Assembly (NCBI GenBank): GCA_965224025.1
Contig: OZ245033.1
Location: 352,001 to 416,000 of the forward strand
Length of the DNA stretch: 64,000 nt
Origin: Candidatus Multivorans sp.
GTDB lineage: Bacteria; Acidobacteriota; Thermoanaerobaculia; Multivoradales; Multivoraceae
Direction: 5' to 3'
Shown: positions 10,758-19,854 of the stretch, one piece after another
Numbering within the stretch: position 1 is the stretch's first letter
Layout: every line of letters begins with the position of its first letter
Translations under genes and position numbers: made by a program
Notes under the pieces: model-generated
What the model saw: only the letters and a program-made list of their open reading frames with translations
Databases searched by the model: none
Told to the model about the DNA's origin: nothing

Positions 10758-10873
10758 CCATAGAGGCGTTTCGCGCGCTAGGAGTGTCCGCAGCGTTGTC
10801 GCTGCGCTGTCGCGCAGGGAACAGGCAGCGAGTAGCCAACGTTACAGCGGCGTCGTGGGTTCGTAGAGTTGGC

Positions 10874-11029
10874 CGCGCTGGGCAGCGAGGCCGCGCAGGC
10901 ACTGGTGTGTTGGCGCCCGACTAGGAGTTTGGCCCGGACCGTGATCGGCGCTCTGACGCTGGCGGCGCGGCTTGTGTCGCGACCCCGTATGCAAGATTGA
11001 GCTTTTCGCCGCGGTCTCTGCCCAGCGCG
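10874..11029 (+). ncRNA. Bridge RNA, structured core (transcript ends unknown)
   Basis: 12-bp perfect closing stem 10874-10885/11018-11029. Encloses GCCGCGCAGGC, CTAGGAG, CGGAC and ATGCAAG, which match the flanks and element ends. Confidence 0.8.
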
Positions 11030-11062
11030 ACGATTGGATTCCACATCTACGGGAGGCAGGGG

Positions 11063-12382
11063 ATGGCAAAGCGGAAGGCGGAGCGTCTGGAAGTCGTTCA
11101 CCCGGATTGCGCCGGTGTGGACGTAGGCAAGCGCAAGCACTACGTGGCGGTGGCCCCGTCGCGTTTCGAGCGGCCGGTGCGCAATTTCTCGTCGTTCACG
11201 GAGGACCTCGAGGCGATGGCCTCGTGGCTTCAGGAGTGCGGCGTGCGTGAGGTGGCGCTGGAGTCGACGGGGGTGTACTGGATTCCGGTGTTCGAGGTGC
11301 TGGACCGGGCGGGGTTCGAGGTGCATCTGGTGAATCCTCGGGCGACCAAGCAGGTGAGTGGCCGCAAGAGTGACGTTCTGGACTGCCAGTGGATCCGGCA
11401 GTTGATGAGCTACGGGCTCCTGCGCGGTGCGTTTCGCGCGCCGGACGAGTTGTGTCCGCTGCGTTCGTACACGCGGCAGCGCGCCCAGTTGGTCCGCGAC
11501 CGCAGCCGCGCGGTGCAGCACATCCAGAAGGCTCTGGTGCAGATGAACGTGCAGTTGGACAACGTGCTGAGCGACATCATGGGCAAGACCGGCCAGTTGA
11601 TCGTGCGCGCGATCGTCGCCGGCGAGCGCGACGGCGCGGCGCTGGCCCGTCACCGGGACGGTCGCTGCAAGGCTGGTCCGGCTGTGATCGCGGCGAGTTT
11701 GCAAGGCAACTGGCGAGACGAGCACCTGTTCGCTCTGGGCCAGGCGCTGGCCCGCTACGACATGCTGCAAGGCCAGATCGAGATGTGCGAGAAGCGCATC
11801 GACGCCGAGCTCGACGGCCTGGCCCAAGACGGCGTCGAGGACGCGCCGCCGCCCGGTTCGAAGGCGCGCGAGCGCGCCCTGCGGAAGCGGCTGCATCGCA
11901 TGCTCGGCGTGGACCTGGTCGCCATTCCGACGGTCGGCGTCGAAACCGCGCTGACCTTCGCCGCTGAGATCGGCCCGGACCTGTCCCGGTTTCCCTCGCA
12001 GGGCAACTTCTGCTCGTGGCTGTGTCTGGCTCCACCGACCAACATCAGCGGCGACAAACGGCTGAACGGCCCTCCCGTGAAGCAGACCAACCGGGTCGGC
12101 CAGACGCTGCGCCAAGCCGCCACCACAGCCCGCAACAGCAAGACCGCCATCGGAGCCTCTCACCGCCGGCGTCTCCAGCACATGGAGAAGGCGAAGGCCA
12201 TCAAGGCCACCGCTCATCAACTCGGCCGACTGATCTACGCCATGCTGACCCACGGCGAAGAGTACGTCGAGCGCGACCTCGCCGAAATGGAGGCCGTCCG
12301 ACGCGAACGACAAATCAGAAACCTGCAGCGTCAGGCCCGCCGCCTGAATCTGGCTCTCGTGCCGACCGAACATGCCGCCTGA
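11063..12382 (+). CDS. IS110 family transposase / recombinase
   Basis: AGVDVG, ALESTGVYW, KSDVLD (DEDD RuvC-like); NISG serine motif; RBS upstream of ATG 11063. Confidence 0.95.
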   Translation: MAKRKAERLEVVHPDCAGVDVGKRKHYVAVAPSRFERPVRNFSSFTEDLEAMASWLQECGVREVALESTGVYWIPVFEVLDRAGFEVHLVNPRATKQVSGRKSDVLDCQWIRQLMSYGLLRGAFRAPDELCPLRSYTRQRAQLVRDRSRAVQHIQKALVQMNVQLDNVLSDIMGKTGQLIVRAIVAGERDGAALARHRDGRCKAGPAVIAASLQGNWRDEHLFALGQALARYDMLQGQIEMCEKRIDAELDGLAQDGVEDAPPPGSKARERALRKRLHRMLGVDLVAIPTVGVETALTFAAEIGPDLSRFPSQGNFCSWLCLAPPTNISGDKRLNGPPVKQTNRVGQTLRQAATTARNSKTAIGASHRRRLQHMEKAKAIKATAHQLGRLIYAMLTHGEEYVERDLAEMEAVRRERQIRNLQRQARRLNLALVPTEHAA

Positions 12383-12460
12383 ATCGCGCAACCTGCGCTG
12401 CCAACAAGGAACCCCTACCCGTTTGTTCCATGCAAGCCTGCGCGGCAAAACGATCTGACT

Positions 12461-12493
12461 TGGGAACGCGGGCGTCTCGCCCGCATCCGGCGC
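12461..12493 (+). repeat. REP-like hairpin
   Basis: TGGGAACGCGGGCGTCTCGCCCGC; near copy of 1100-1133. Confidence 0.75.
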
Positions 12494-12524
12494 CAAGCGC
12501 CGGCCTCCCGGGAGTTCTGTCGCC

Positions 12525-13331
12525 CTAGCCGGATTGGCCGGCCGGGTTGTTGACCCGATAGGTCAGGCGCGCCGCCGCGCGCCGCGTCAGGATGCGCATC
12601 AGGAAGATGACGGCGCGGTTGCGCCAGCCCGGTACGACCGAGGGGGCGCGACCGAGCCCTCGCAGGCTGGCGTCCACCACCTGCTCGGGGCTCGTCCAAC
12701 CGGTCATCGGCTCGGGCGCCCCCATGCCGGCCTTCTTCTGGTACTCGGTCGGCGTGAATCCCGGCGACAGCACGATGACGTCGATTCCGTGCTCCGAGAG
12801 CTCCGCCCAGAGCGCTTCGCCGAACATCAGGTTGAACGCCTTCGACGCGCCGTAGACGGCCTCGAACGCCACCGGCTGGTAGGCCGCCGTGCTCGACAGG
12901 AAGATCAGCGCGCCGCGACCGCGCTCGACGAGCCGCGGAGCGAGAATCGTCGCCAGCCCGACGGCCGCCCGGTTGTTGACCTCGACGATCTGAAGTTGAA
13001 GCTCGGGATCCTGCTCGACAAAGGGCCCGTAGGTGCCGAAGCCGGCGTTCGACACCAGCATGCCGACCTCGATCCCGAGATCGTCGACGGCCTTGAAGAC
13101 GAGCCGCGGGCCGTCGCGCTCCCCAAGGTCCTGGGGAACGACATGGACCGTCACACCCGAGGCCGAGCGCAATTCCCGCGCCAACTTCTCGAGCCGGTCG
13201 GTGCGCCGTGCGACAAGCACCAGTTCCATGCCCTCATCGGCAAGCCGCCGCGCGTAGGCCTCCCCGATACCGCTGGAGGCGCCCGTAATCAGGGCGGCGC
13301 CGCCGTAGCGTTGCGGGATTCGCGGGCTCAT
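12525..13331 (-). CDS. SDR oxidoreductase
   Basis: TGASSGIG, SNAGFG, YGASK. Confidence 0.92.
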   Translation of the reverse strand: MSPRIPQRYGGAALITGASSGIGEAYARRLADEGMELVLVARRTDRLEKLARELRSASGVTVHVVPQDLGERDGPRLVFKAVDDLGIEVGMLVSNAGFGTYGPFVEQDPELQLQIVEVNNRAAVGLATILAPRLVERGRGALIFLSSTAAYQPVAFEAVYGASKAFNLMFGEALWAELSEHGIDVIVLSPGFTPTEYQKKAGMGAPEPMTGWTSPEQVVDASLRGLGRAPSVVPGWRNRAVIFLMRILTRRAAARLTYRVNNPAGQSG

Positions 13332-13409
13332 CGCGTCCGGACGTTCCTCGCAGCGCCGCGCGCGACGCCTGCGGGTCGTGGTCCTACTCGTAGCGTAGCT
13401 GCTAGCGGG

Positions 13410-15146
13410 CTACGCAACCGCGCCGGGCGTCGCGACCCGGGGATCGTTTACGCCCATGCGATCCACCAACTCCTGAAAGCGTGGTTCGCCGTGCAGGCAG
13501 TCGAAGGCTGGATGCACCTTGGTCCAGAGAACAGGCCCGAACTTCGCCCTCACAGCATTTTCCAACCAGACCAGAGCCGTTTCCTTTTCGTCGAGCCAGG
13601 CGTAGAGGATCGCCAGGGAGGCAGAGCGGCTATCCCCATTGTTCACCCGCTTCAAGAGCTGATCCACCATCCAGCGAAACGCTCCCGGTTCGCCTCCCTT
13701 CGCGTAGGCGCTCCCGAGCGCCTCCGCTTCCTCCTCGCGGTCAGTGTTCCGCAGTTGCACCTGACGTTCATGGATCGCCTCGTCCGTGCGGCCCATGGCG
13801 CTGTAGCAAGCCGCCAGCAGCGAGCGCACTATCGGATAGTCCTCTTCCAGCGCGAGCATGTGACGAGCCTGCACCGCCGCCTCTTCGTAACGTCGCGTGT
13901 AGTAGAGGATCTGAGACAACCCCTGGCCAAACGTCGGCGACAGGGGATCCAGCTCCAGCGCAGTCCTGATTTCCCGTTCCGCTTCCTCGACACGGCCAAC
14001 CGGCGACAGAAAGTGGTTTCCGTAGGAGTAGTGGGCAGTCGAATTGCCAGAATCGAGCTGCAGAGCCCGCAGGAAGGCCCGTTGCGCCGTTGACCACTCC
14101 CACCGGAACGTGCTCACAAGACCCAAGGCCCGGTACGCGAGCACACTCGAGTCGTTGAGTTCCAGCGCCCGGTGGACCGCTTCCTCCGCCTTGGCCACCA
14201 TCTCGTTCACGGGCACGAAGCCATAGGCCAGGAGATTCGCGTAGCACGCCCCGAGCAGTGCGTGGCCGCGCGCGAAGTCCGGTTGCAACTCGAGCGCCCG
14301 ATTCAAGAGGCTGATCGCCTGTCGTAGGCGGCCCTCCGTCTGGTAGGGAATGCAGTACCGCGCCTCCAGGTAGAGGCGATAGACCTCCTGGTTGTCCGTA
14401 TGACGCGCCACCACCGGACCCGGGTGCGGATCCAACAGCTTCGTGCACACGTGATCCACGATCGCGCGGGCGATCTCCTCCTGGATCTCGAAGACGTCTC
14501 CCAGTTCCCGATCGTAGTGCTCGGACCAGAGCTGCGTGCTATCCGACGTCCGTATCAGTTGCGCCGAGATCCGCAGCCGGTCGCCCGCCTTCCGCAAGCT
14601 ACCCTCAAGAATCGCCGATACACCCAGCTCTTGGCCAACCGCGGAAGCGCTGAGATCCCTCAGTCGGAGGTCAAAGGAAGATGTTCGGCCCACAACCCTC
14701 AGGCCCTCGACCGCGGCCAACGTGTCAATCAGCTCTTCCGCCACCCCGTCGCAGAAGAAGGCCCGGTCCGGGTCGGCGCTCATGTTGGCGAAGGGCCGGA
14801 CAGCGATCGACCCTTCAAGAGAGACCTCGACCGGAGCGGTGAACCGGTAGCCGCGACCCGGAACCGTAACGACGTACTGGGTCTCCTTGCTCTGCCCCAA
14901 GGTCTTCCGCAGCACGGAGAGGTTGTGCATGAGGTTGCTCTCGTCCACCGTCGTATCCGGCCACACCATCGCCATCAACTCCTCCTTGTGGAGGAGGCGG
15001 TTGTTGTTCTCGACTAGCGCCCGCAGAGTGTCGAAGATCTTCGGGCGCACCCCTATCAGGCGCCCGTCCCGGAGCAGCCGGCGCTGACCCACATCGAGCA
15101 GGTACGGGCCGAAGGCGTAAGAGCGGCGGTGAGGAAGCGAGGACAT
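13410..15146 (-). CDS. CadC-type winged-HTH / TolB-like / TPR transcriptional regulator
   Basis: YAFGPY...VVTVPGRGYRF wHTH; SIAVRPFANMS...FCDG module; TPR repeats. Confidence 0.88.
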   Translation of the reverse strand: MSSLPHRRSYAFGPYLLDVGQRRLLRDGRLIGVRPKIFDTLRALVENNNRLLHKEELMAMVWPDTTVDESNLMHNLSVLRKTLGQSKETQYVVTVPGRGYRFTAPVEVSLEGSIAVRPFANMSADPDRAFFCDGVAEELIDTLAAVEGLRVVGRTSSFDLRLRDLSASAVGQELGVSAILEGSLRKAGDRLRISAQLIRTSDSTQLWSEHYDRELGDVFEIQEEIARAIVDHVCTKLLDPHPGPVVARHTDNQEVYRLYLEARYCIPYQTEGRLRQAISLLNRALELQPDFARGHALLGACYANLLAYGFVPVNEMVAKAEEAVHRALELNDSSVLAYRALGLVSTFRWEWSTAQRAFLRALQLDSGNSTAHYSYGNHFLSPVGRVEEAEREIRTALELDPLSPTFGQGLSQILYYTRRYEEAAVQARHMLALEEDYPIVRSLLAACYSAMGRTDEAIHERQVQLRNTDREEEAEALGSAYAKGGEPGAFRWMVDQLLKRVNNGDSRSASLAILYAWLDEKETALVWLENAVRAKFGPVLWTKVHPAFDCLHGEPRFQELVDRMGVNDPRVATPGAVA

Positions 15147-15334
15147 GCAACCGGTGATCCAGAGGCCGAATCCTAACGCTTCAAAGGAAATCTGGCGCTT
15201 CAGCGGCGCTGGGGAACCGAGAAGACGTACAGGTATCGCCCGCACCGGCCTTCCAAGTGACATCATCGACCATCGGACCTCGCCACCGAGATCTTCACGG
15301 GCTTCGTCGCAGCCAACACATCGGAGCATCCGCC

Positions 15335-16645
15335 ATGAGCCAGCACGACGCCGCCGGGCCTGGACGATCGAGCCGCCGAGACTTCCTCAGCCGCAGCACT
15401 GGTCTGGTCGCGGTCGCGGCATCCTCGGGGTTGGCCGGCCCGTCCACTCCGGCAGCGGGGGTCGCGCGTGCTCGCACAACACGGCAGGAAGACGCCGACC
15501 CAAGCCGGATCCAGATCAGCTCCGTCGACGCCTACCACATCCGCATCAACCAGCGCTCGGAAGGCCTGCTCGACCCGCCCGTCTTCTTCGGCGACGACGA
15601 CCCGCGGCGCTGGCGCTACGGCGGACCCTTCGAACAGCTCCCCTCGGCGATCATCGCGATCGTCAAGACGAACACCGGCGTCACGGGCTTCGGGATGGGG
15701 GCCGGGGGCAGCGCGGCGGTCGAGATCATCGACGGCCATCTGCGTCACCTTCTGGTCGGCGCCAATCCGCTCAACGTCGAGCAACTCTGGGACCAGATGT
15801 ACAGCTCGGCCCTGCTCTACGGCCGGCGCGGCCTCTTCGCAATGGCGCTCTCCGCCGTCGACAACGCCCTCTGGGACATCGCCGGCAAGCACGCGGGCAA
15901 GTCGGTTCATGCGTTGCTCGGCGGTCAACCCGACGATCGCGTCGCCGTCTACCAGACCGGCGGCGACATCGACGCGGGCAAGAGCCAGGGCATCCGCCAC
16001 TTCAAGCGCATCCTGCCGATCGGGCCGTACAGCACGAAGGCCGACACGGACCGCGGCATCGACGACGTGCTGGCCGCCCGCGAGGCGATGGGGCCGGAAG
16101 GCAATCTGATGACCGACTGCGTCTCGCGCAACGGCACGGTCGACTGGGCGGTCGGCATCGCGGAACGTCTGCGACCGGCGAACCTCTACTTCATGGAGGA
16201 GCTGCTCTCCCCGGACAACGTGTTCGGCTACGCCGAACTGGTCGAGAAGATCGGCGGCGGCGGTCCCGGCTGGACGAAGGTCGCCTGCGGCGAACACGAG
16301 TACACGGAGCACGGCTTCGAGGTCCTGGTGCGCGTCGGATCCGCCGAGGTGCTGCAACCGGACATCACCTGGTGCGGCGGCCTCACGGCGGCGAAACGCA
16401 TCGCCGACCTCGTGGAGGCCGCCGCCCTCGAGCTCATTCCCCATCGCGGCGGCAGCCTGTGGGGGTTGCCGATCTCGCTGACGGCCCCGAGCTGCACGAT
16501 GGCCGAGAGCTTCGCCACCGGCTCCGCCATCCTCGACGCGATGCAGGCGCCGTTCGCCGACGGCGATTTCCTGGCGCCCGAGGAACCGGGCTTCAGTACC
16601 GCGCTCACCGAGGAGATGGTCCTCGACCACCGGTTCCGGCGGTGA
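15335..16645 (+). CDS. Mandelate racemase / acid-sugar dehydratase family enzyme with Tat signal
   Basis: SRRDFL Tat motif; SAVDNALWDIAGK, FMEE, CGEHE, LQPDITWCGG. Confidence 0.88.
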   Translation: MSQHDAAGPGRSSRRDFLSRSTGLVAVAASSGLAGPSTPAAGVARARTTRQEDADPSRIQISSVDAYHIRINQRSEGLLDPPVFFGDDDPRRWRYGGPFEQLPSAIIAIVKTNTGVTGFGMGAGGSAAVEIIDGHLRHLLVGANPLNVEQLWDQMYSSALLYGRRGLFAMALSAVDNALWDIAGKHAGKSVHALLGGQPDDRVAVYQTGGDIDAGKSQGIRHFKRILPIGPYSTKADTDRGIDDVLAAREAMGPEGNLMTDCVSRNGTVDWAVGIAERLRPANLYFMEELLSPDNVFGYAELVEKIGGGGPGWTKVACGEHEYTEHGFEVLVRVGSAEVLQPDITWCGGLTAAKRIADLVEAAALELIPHRGGSLWGLPISLTAPSCTMAESFATGSAILDAMQAPFADGDFLAPEEPGFSTALTEEMVLDHRFRR

Positions 16646-16677
16646 AGCAGCGGTGAAGTAGCATTCGCGCCTTCCGA

Positions 16678-18807
16678 ATGAAGTGCTCAAGCCGCCTGAC
16701 CTGCGCCCGGCTCGGGGTGCTGCTCCTCGGTGCCGGCGTCGGCGCCCAGGAAACCGGTTTCGAGCCGGTCACCCAGGAGATGCTGCGCAACCCGGAACCG
16801 GGCCAGTGGCTCCACTGGCGGGGGACGCAGAACGCATGGGGCTACAGCCCGCTCGACCAGATCACCACCGAGAACGTCGGGCAGCTTCAATTGGTCTGGG
16901 CGTGGGCGATGGACGACACCGGCCCGCAGGAGGCGGCGCCCCTCATCCACGGCGGCGTCATGTACGTGCCGAATCCGGGCAACGTCGTCCAGGCCCTGCA
17001 CGCGGCGAACGGCGACCTGATCTGGGAGTACCGCCCGGAACAGGTCGGCGACGGTAGCGGCGCCTTCGGCCGCGGGGTGCAGAAGAACATCGCGATCTAC
17101 GGCGACCGGATCTTCGGCGCCAGTTCGCGAGCAACGATCTTCGCCCTCGACGCCCGCAACGGGAAGCTGATCTGGGAGACCCGGACCGCCGACACGAGCC
17201 TCGGCTACCGCTACTCCGCCGGCCCGATCGTCGCCAACGGCAAGCTGGTCACCGGCATCACCGGCTGCGGCCGCTACAAGGACGACGTCTGCTTCATCAC
17301 CGGCCACGATCCGGCGACCGGCGAGGAACTCTGGCGCACCTCCACGATCGCTCGTCCCGGAGAGCCGGGCGGCGACACCTGGGGCGACCTGCCCTTGCGC
17401 TTCCGCGCCGGCAGCGACGCCTGGATCGCCGGCAGCTACGACCCGGACCTGAACATCGTCTACTGGGCCACGTCCCAAGCCAAGCCCTGGGCCCGGTCCG
17501 TGCGCGGCACGGACGGCGACGCGCTGTACACGAACTCGAGCCTCGCGCTCGACCCCGACACCGGGAAACTGCTCTGGTACTACCAGTACCTCCCCGGCGA
17601 GACCCACGACATGGACGAGGTATTCGAGTCGCTCCTCATCGATGTCGACGGCCGCAAGCAGCTCTTCAAGATGGGCAAGCTCGGCATCCTCTGGCAGCTC
17701 GACCGGGAAACCGGCGAGTTCCTGAACGCCACCGACATCGGCTACCAGAACCTCGTCGACGTGGACCGGGAAACGGGCGAGGTGACCTACCGCCCGGAGC
17801 TGATCCCGGAGATCGGCGTCGAGATCAACATGTGCCCGAGCACGTCCGGCTTCAAGGGCTGGCGGGCGATGTCCTACAACCCGAACACCCGGGCGCTCTA
17901 CATCCCGGTCACCCTGAACTGCGAGCTGGCGACGTTCGGCCCGGTCGAGCGCGTCCTCGGCGGCGGCGGTGCGGGGCCGGTCAAGCGGATCAACACCCTG
18001 CACCCGTACTCGGACGGCAACCTCGGCGAGCTGCTCGTGATCGACGTCAAGGAGGGGGACATCATGTGGCGGCACCGCACGGAGTCGCCGATCAACACCG
18101 CCGCCCTGTCTACCGGGGGAGGCGTGGTCTTCGCCGGCGACTACGACCGCTACGTGTACGCCTACGAAGCGCGGACCGGCGCGATCCTCTGGCAGACGCG
18201 GCTACCCACGTCCGCCCAGGGATTCCCGGTGACCTACCTCGCCGGCGGTCGCCAGTACGTGGCGATTCCGGTTGGAACCGGCGGCGCCAGTTGGGCGACG
18301 ATGGTGCCGAGGGATCTCATCCCCCACATTCGCCGTCCGACCAACGGCAACTCGATCCACGTATTCGCGCTGCCGGCGGACATGCCGGTTGAGACCGCCC
18401 GGACCCGCACCACGACGGCGGACCGCGACACCACGGAGGCGACCGCCGCCTCCCGGACCGTCTGGGACGGCGTCTACACCGCCGAGCAGGCCGAGCGCGG
18501 CCTCGGGCCGTACCTTGCGAACTGCGCGACCTGCCACGGCGAGGACCTCGGCGGAGGCAGCAACTCGCCGGGCCTGACCGGCGTCAGCTTCCAGTTCCTG
18601 TGGGGCGACAAGACCCTCCACGAGCTGTTCGAGGCAATCCGCACGACGATGCCGACCGACAACCCGGCCAGCTTGCCCCGGGACACCTACCTCGACATCC
18701 TGACCTACATGCTGCAGGTCAACGAGTTCCCAACGGGCGACGCCGAACTCGACGTCGATCCCGCGGCCCTCGGCAACGTCCTGATCACCGGCAAGCCCGA
18801 CGCGTAA
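16678..18807 (+). CDS. PQQ-dependent dehydrogenase with C-terminal cytochrome c
   Basis: YSPLDQIT, Trp-docking beta-propeller repeats, GRQYVAI; CATCH haem motif. Confidence 0.9.
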   Translation: MKCSSRLTCARLGVLLLGAGVGAQETGFEPVTQEMLRNPEPGQWLHWRGTQNAWGYSPLDQITTENVGQLQLVWAWAMDDTGPQEAAPLIHGGVMYVPNPGNVVQALHAANGDLIWEYRPEQVGDGSGAFGRGVQKNIAIYGDRIFGASSRATIFALDARNGKLIWETRTADTSLGYRYSAGPIVANGKLVTGITGCGRYKDDVCFITGHDPATGEELWRTSTIARPGEPGGDTWGDLPLRFRAGSDAWIAGSYDPDLNIVYWATSQAKPWARSVRGTDGDALYTNSSLALDPDTGKLLWYYQYLPGETHDMDEVFESLLIDVDGRKQLFKMGKLGILWQLDRETGEFLNATDIGYQNLVDVDRETGEVTYRPELIPEIGVEINMCPSTSGFKGWRAMSYNPNTRALYIPVTLNCELATFGPVERVLGGGGAGPVKRINTLHPYSDGNLGELLVIDVKEGDIMWRHRTESPINTAALSTGGGVVFAGDYDRYVYAYEARTGAILWQTRLPTSAQGFPVTYLAGGRQYVAIPVGTGGASWATMVPRDLIPHIRRPTNGNSIHVFALPADMPVETARTRTTTADRDTTEATAASRTVWDGVYTAEQAERGLGPYLANCATCHGEDLGGGSNSPGLTGVSFQFLWGDKTLHELFEAIRTTMPTDNPASLPRDTYLDILTYMLQVNEFPTGDAELDVDPAALGNVLITGKPDA

Positions 18808-19115
18808 CACTGCGTGCGCGGGTCTCGGCACGGCCTCCACCAGCAGCGCCAGCGCGCCCTGCAACGCCGCCCCGGAATGGCCGCTAAACGACGGTGATCA
18901 ATAGCTTAGGCGAAAGTCCGCCAGTGGCGTTAGGGAGGCATCTCAAGATGCGCGTGAGGCACCTCTTCTGGTCCCCCACCGAGGGCCGGGACGTCAACGA
19001 GTTCGCAGGCTGACGCAACATCCGAGCAACGGATACGCTCGATCAAACGCGCTCTTTGCCCGCCCCATGATCGGAAACACACAATGTTACAAACAACTGC
19101 TCGCCCCACTATACC

Positions 19116-19781
19116 CTAGTCAATCTTCCCTCGGTTTTCGGCAAGCTCTCTCAGTCTCTCCAAGCGGCCAGGGGTCTCGTAGAGTTCTCTTGCCACTTCC
19201 TCTAGAAAAGCAAAGAGGCCGGAGGCTTCTTCGCGGCTCCACTCTTCGTCAAAGTCGTGGGCCGCATCGTTTCCGCTGTCCTTCAGCCGCCCGAAGATCT
19301 CGATCAGCATCGGTCGCAGTTCGTCTTTCATGCTCCTTATGCGGTCATAAAGAGTTTTTCCCGATGCACCTTTGTCGATCAAAGCCGCGTCCAGACCTGC
19401 CCGCGTCATCACAACCGACGCCCGAAAGCAGCCCGCTGCTAGGCACTGCGCTGCTTCTCGATACAGCCCCTTGATCTCGGATGGAAGATAGCTCGGCACC
19501 TTGACCCTCGCTGTCGGCCACATCGCAACCACGCGCCACTCGAGTCTGCTTCTTTCCCGTGGCGACCGCTCGTAGGACTGCACCACTAAACTCTGTTGCT
19601 GACATGCTTGGCAAACACATACTAGGAAGCGTTCATCGTGCGTTTGCGGGGGACTAAGGTCGAAGCCAGGGCGTTCGCCAACGTCAAACTTGAATTCCGC
19701 ATAAGCGCCACAACGCCGACACGTTCCGCCAGCGTCTTCGATTGTCGGCACTTTAAGCTTCCGTTTGCGGTCGTCGAGCAT
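19116..19781 (-). CDS. DUF4145 (HEPN-like) domain protein with Zn ribbon
   Basis: CRRC/CQAC; YREAAQC...ASVVMTR...GNDAAH; lower GC than flanks. Confidence 0.75.
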   Translation of the reverse strand: MLDDRKRKLKVPTIEDAGGTCRRCGAYAEFKFDVGERPGFDLSPPQTHDERFLVCVCQACQQQSLVVQSYERSPRERSRLEWRVVAMWPTARVKVPSYLPSEIKGLYREAAQCLAAGCFRASVVMTRAGLDAALIDKGASGKTLYDRIRSMKDELRPMLIEIFGRLKDSGNDAAHDFDEEWSREEASGLFAFLEEVARELYETPGRLERLRELAENRGKID

Positions 19782-19854
19782 TCTAAGTCACTTCCGTAAG
19801 TAATCAAGTGTACGTGGTCAATAACTATAGTGTGCAAGGGACAACATCGCCCAA

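Larger units (their letters stand above)
10785..12436 (+). mobile_element. IS110-family insertion sequence (bridge recombinase system)
   Basis: DEDD transposase with about 280-nt 5' non-coding end. Boundaries deduced from guide matches, with AG core at 10783-10784 and 12435-12436. Confidence 0.85.

Noticed and set aside
10758-12431. CCAT direct repeat as the IS110 boundary
   Set aside because: Guide matches in the ncRNA support the AG core at 10783-10784 and 12435-12436 instead.
12423-12436. Sigma70 promoter formed at the IS110 circle junction
   Set aside because: TTGTTC could be a -35, but the 17-bp-spaced hexamer CGTTGT is a poor -10.
18810-19115. tRNA or att site at the defence-islet edge; 21-codon ORF at 18948
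   Set aside because: No cloverleaf or matching repeat was found, and the ORF has no supporting evidence.
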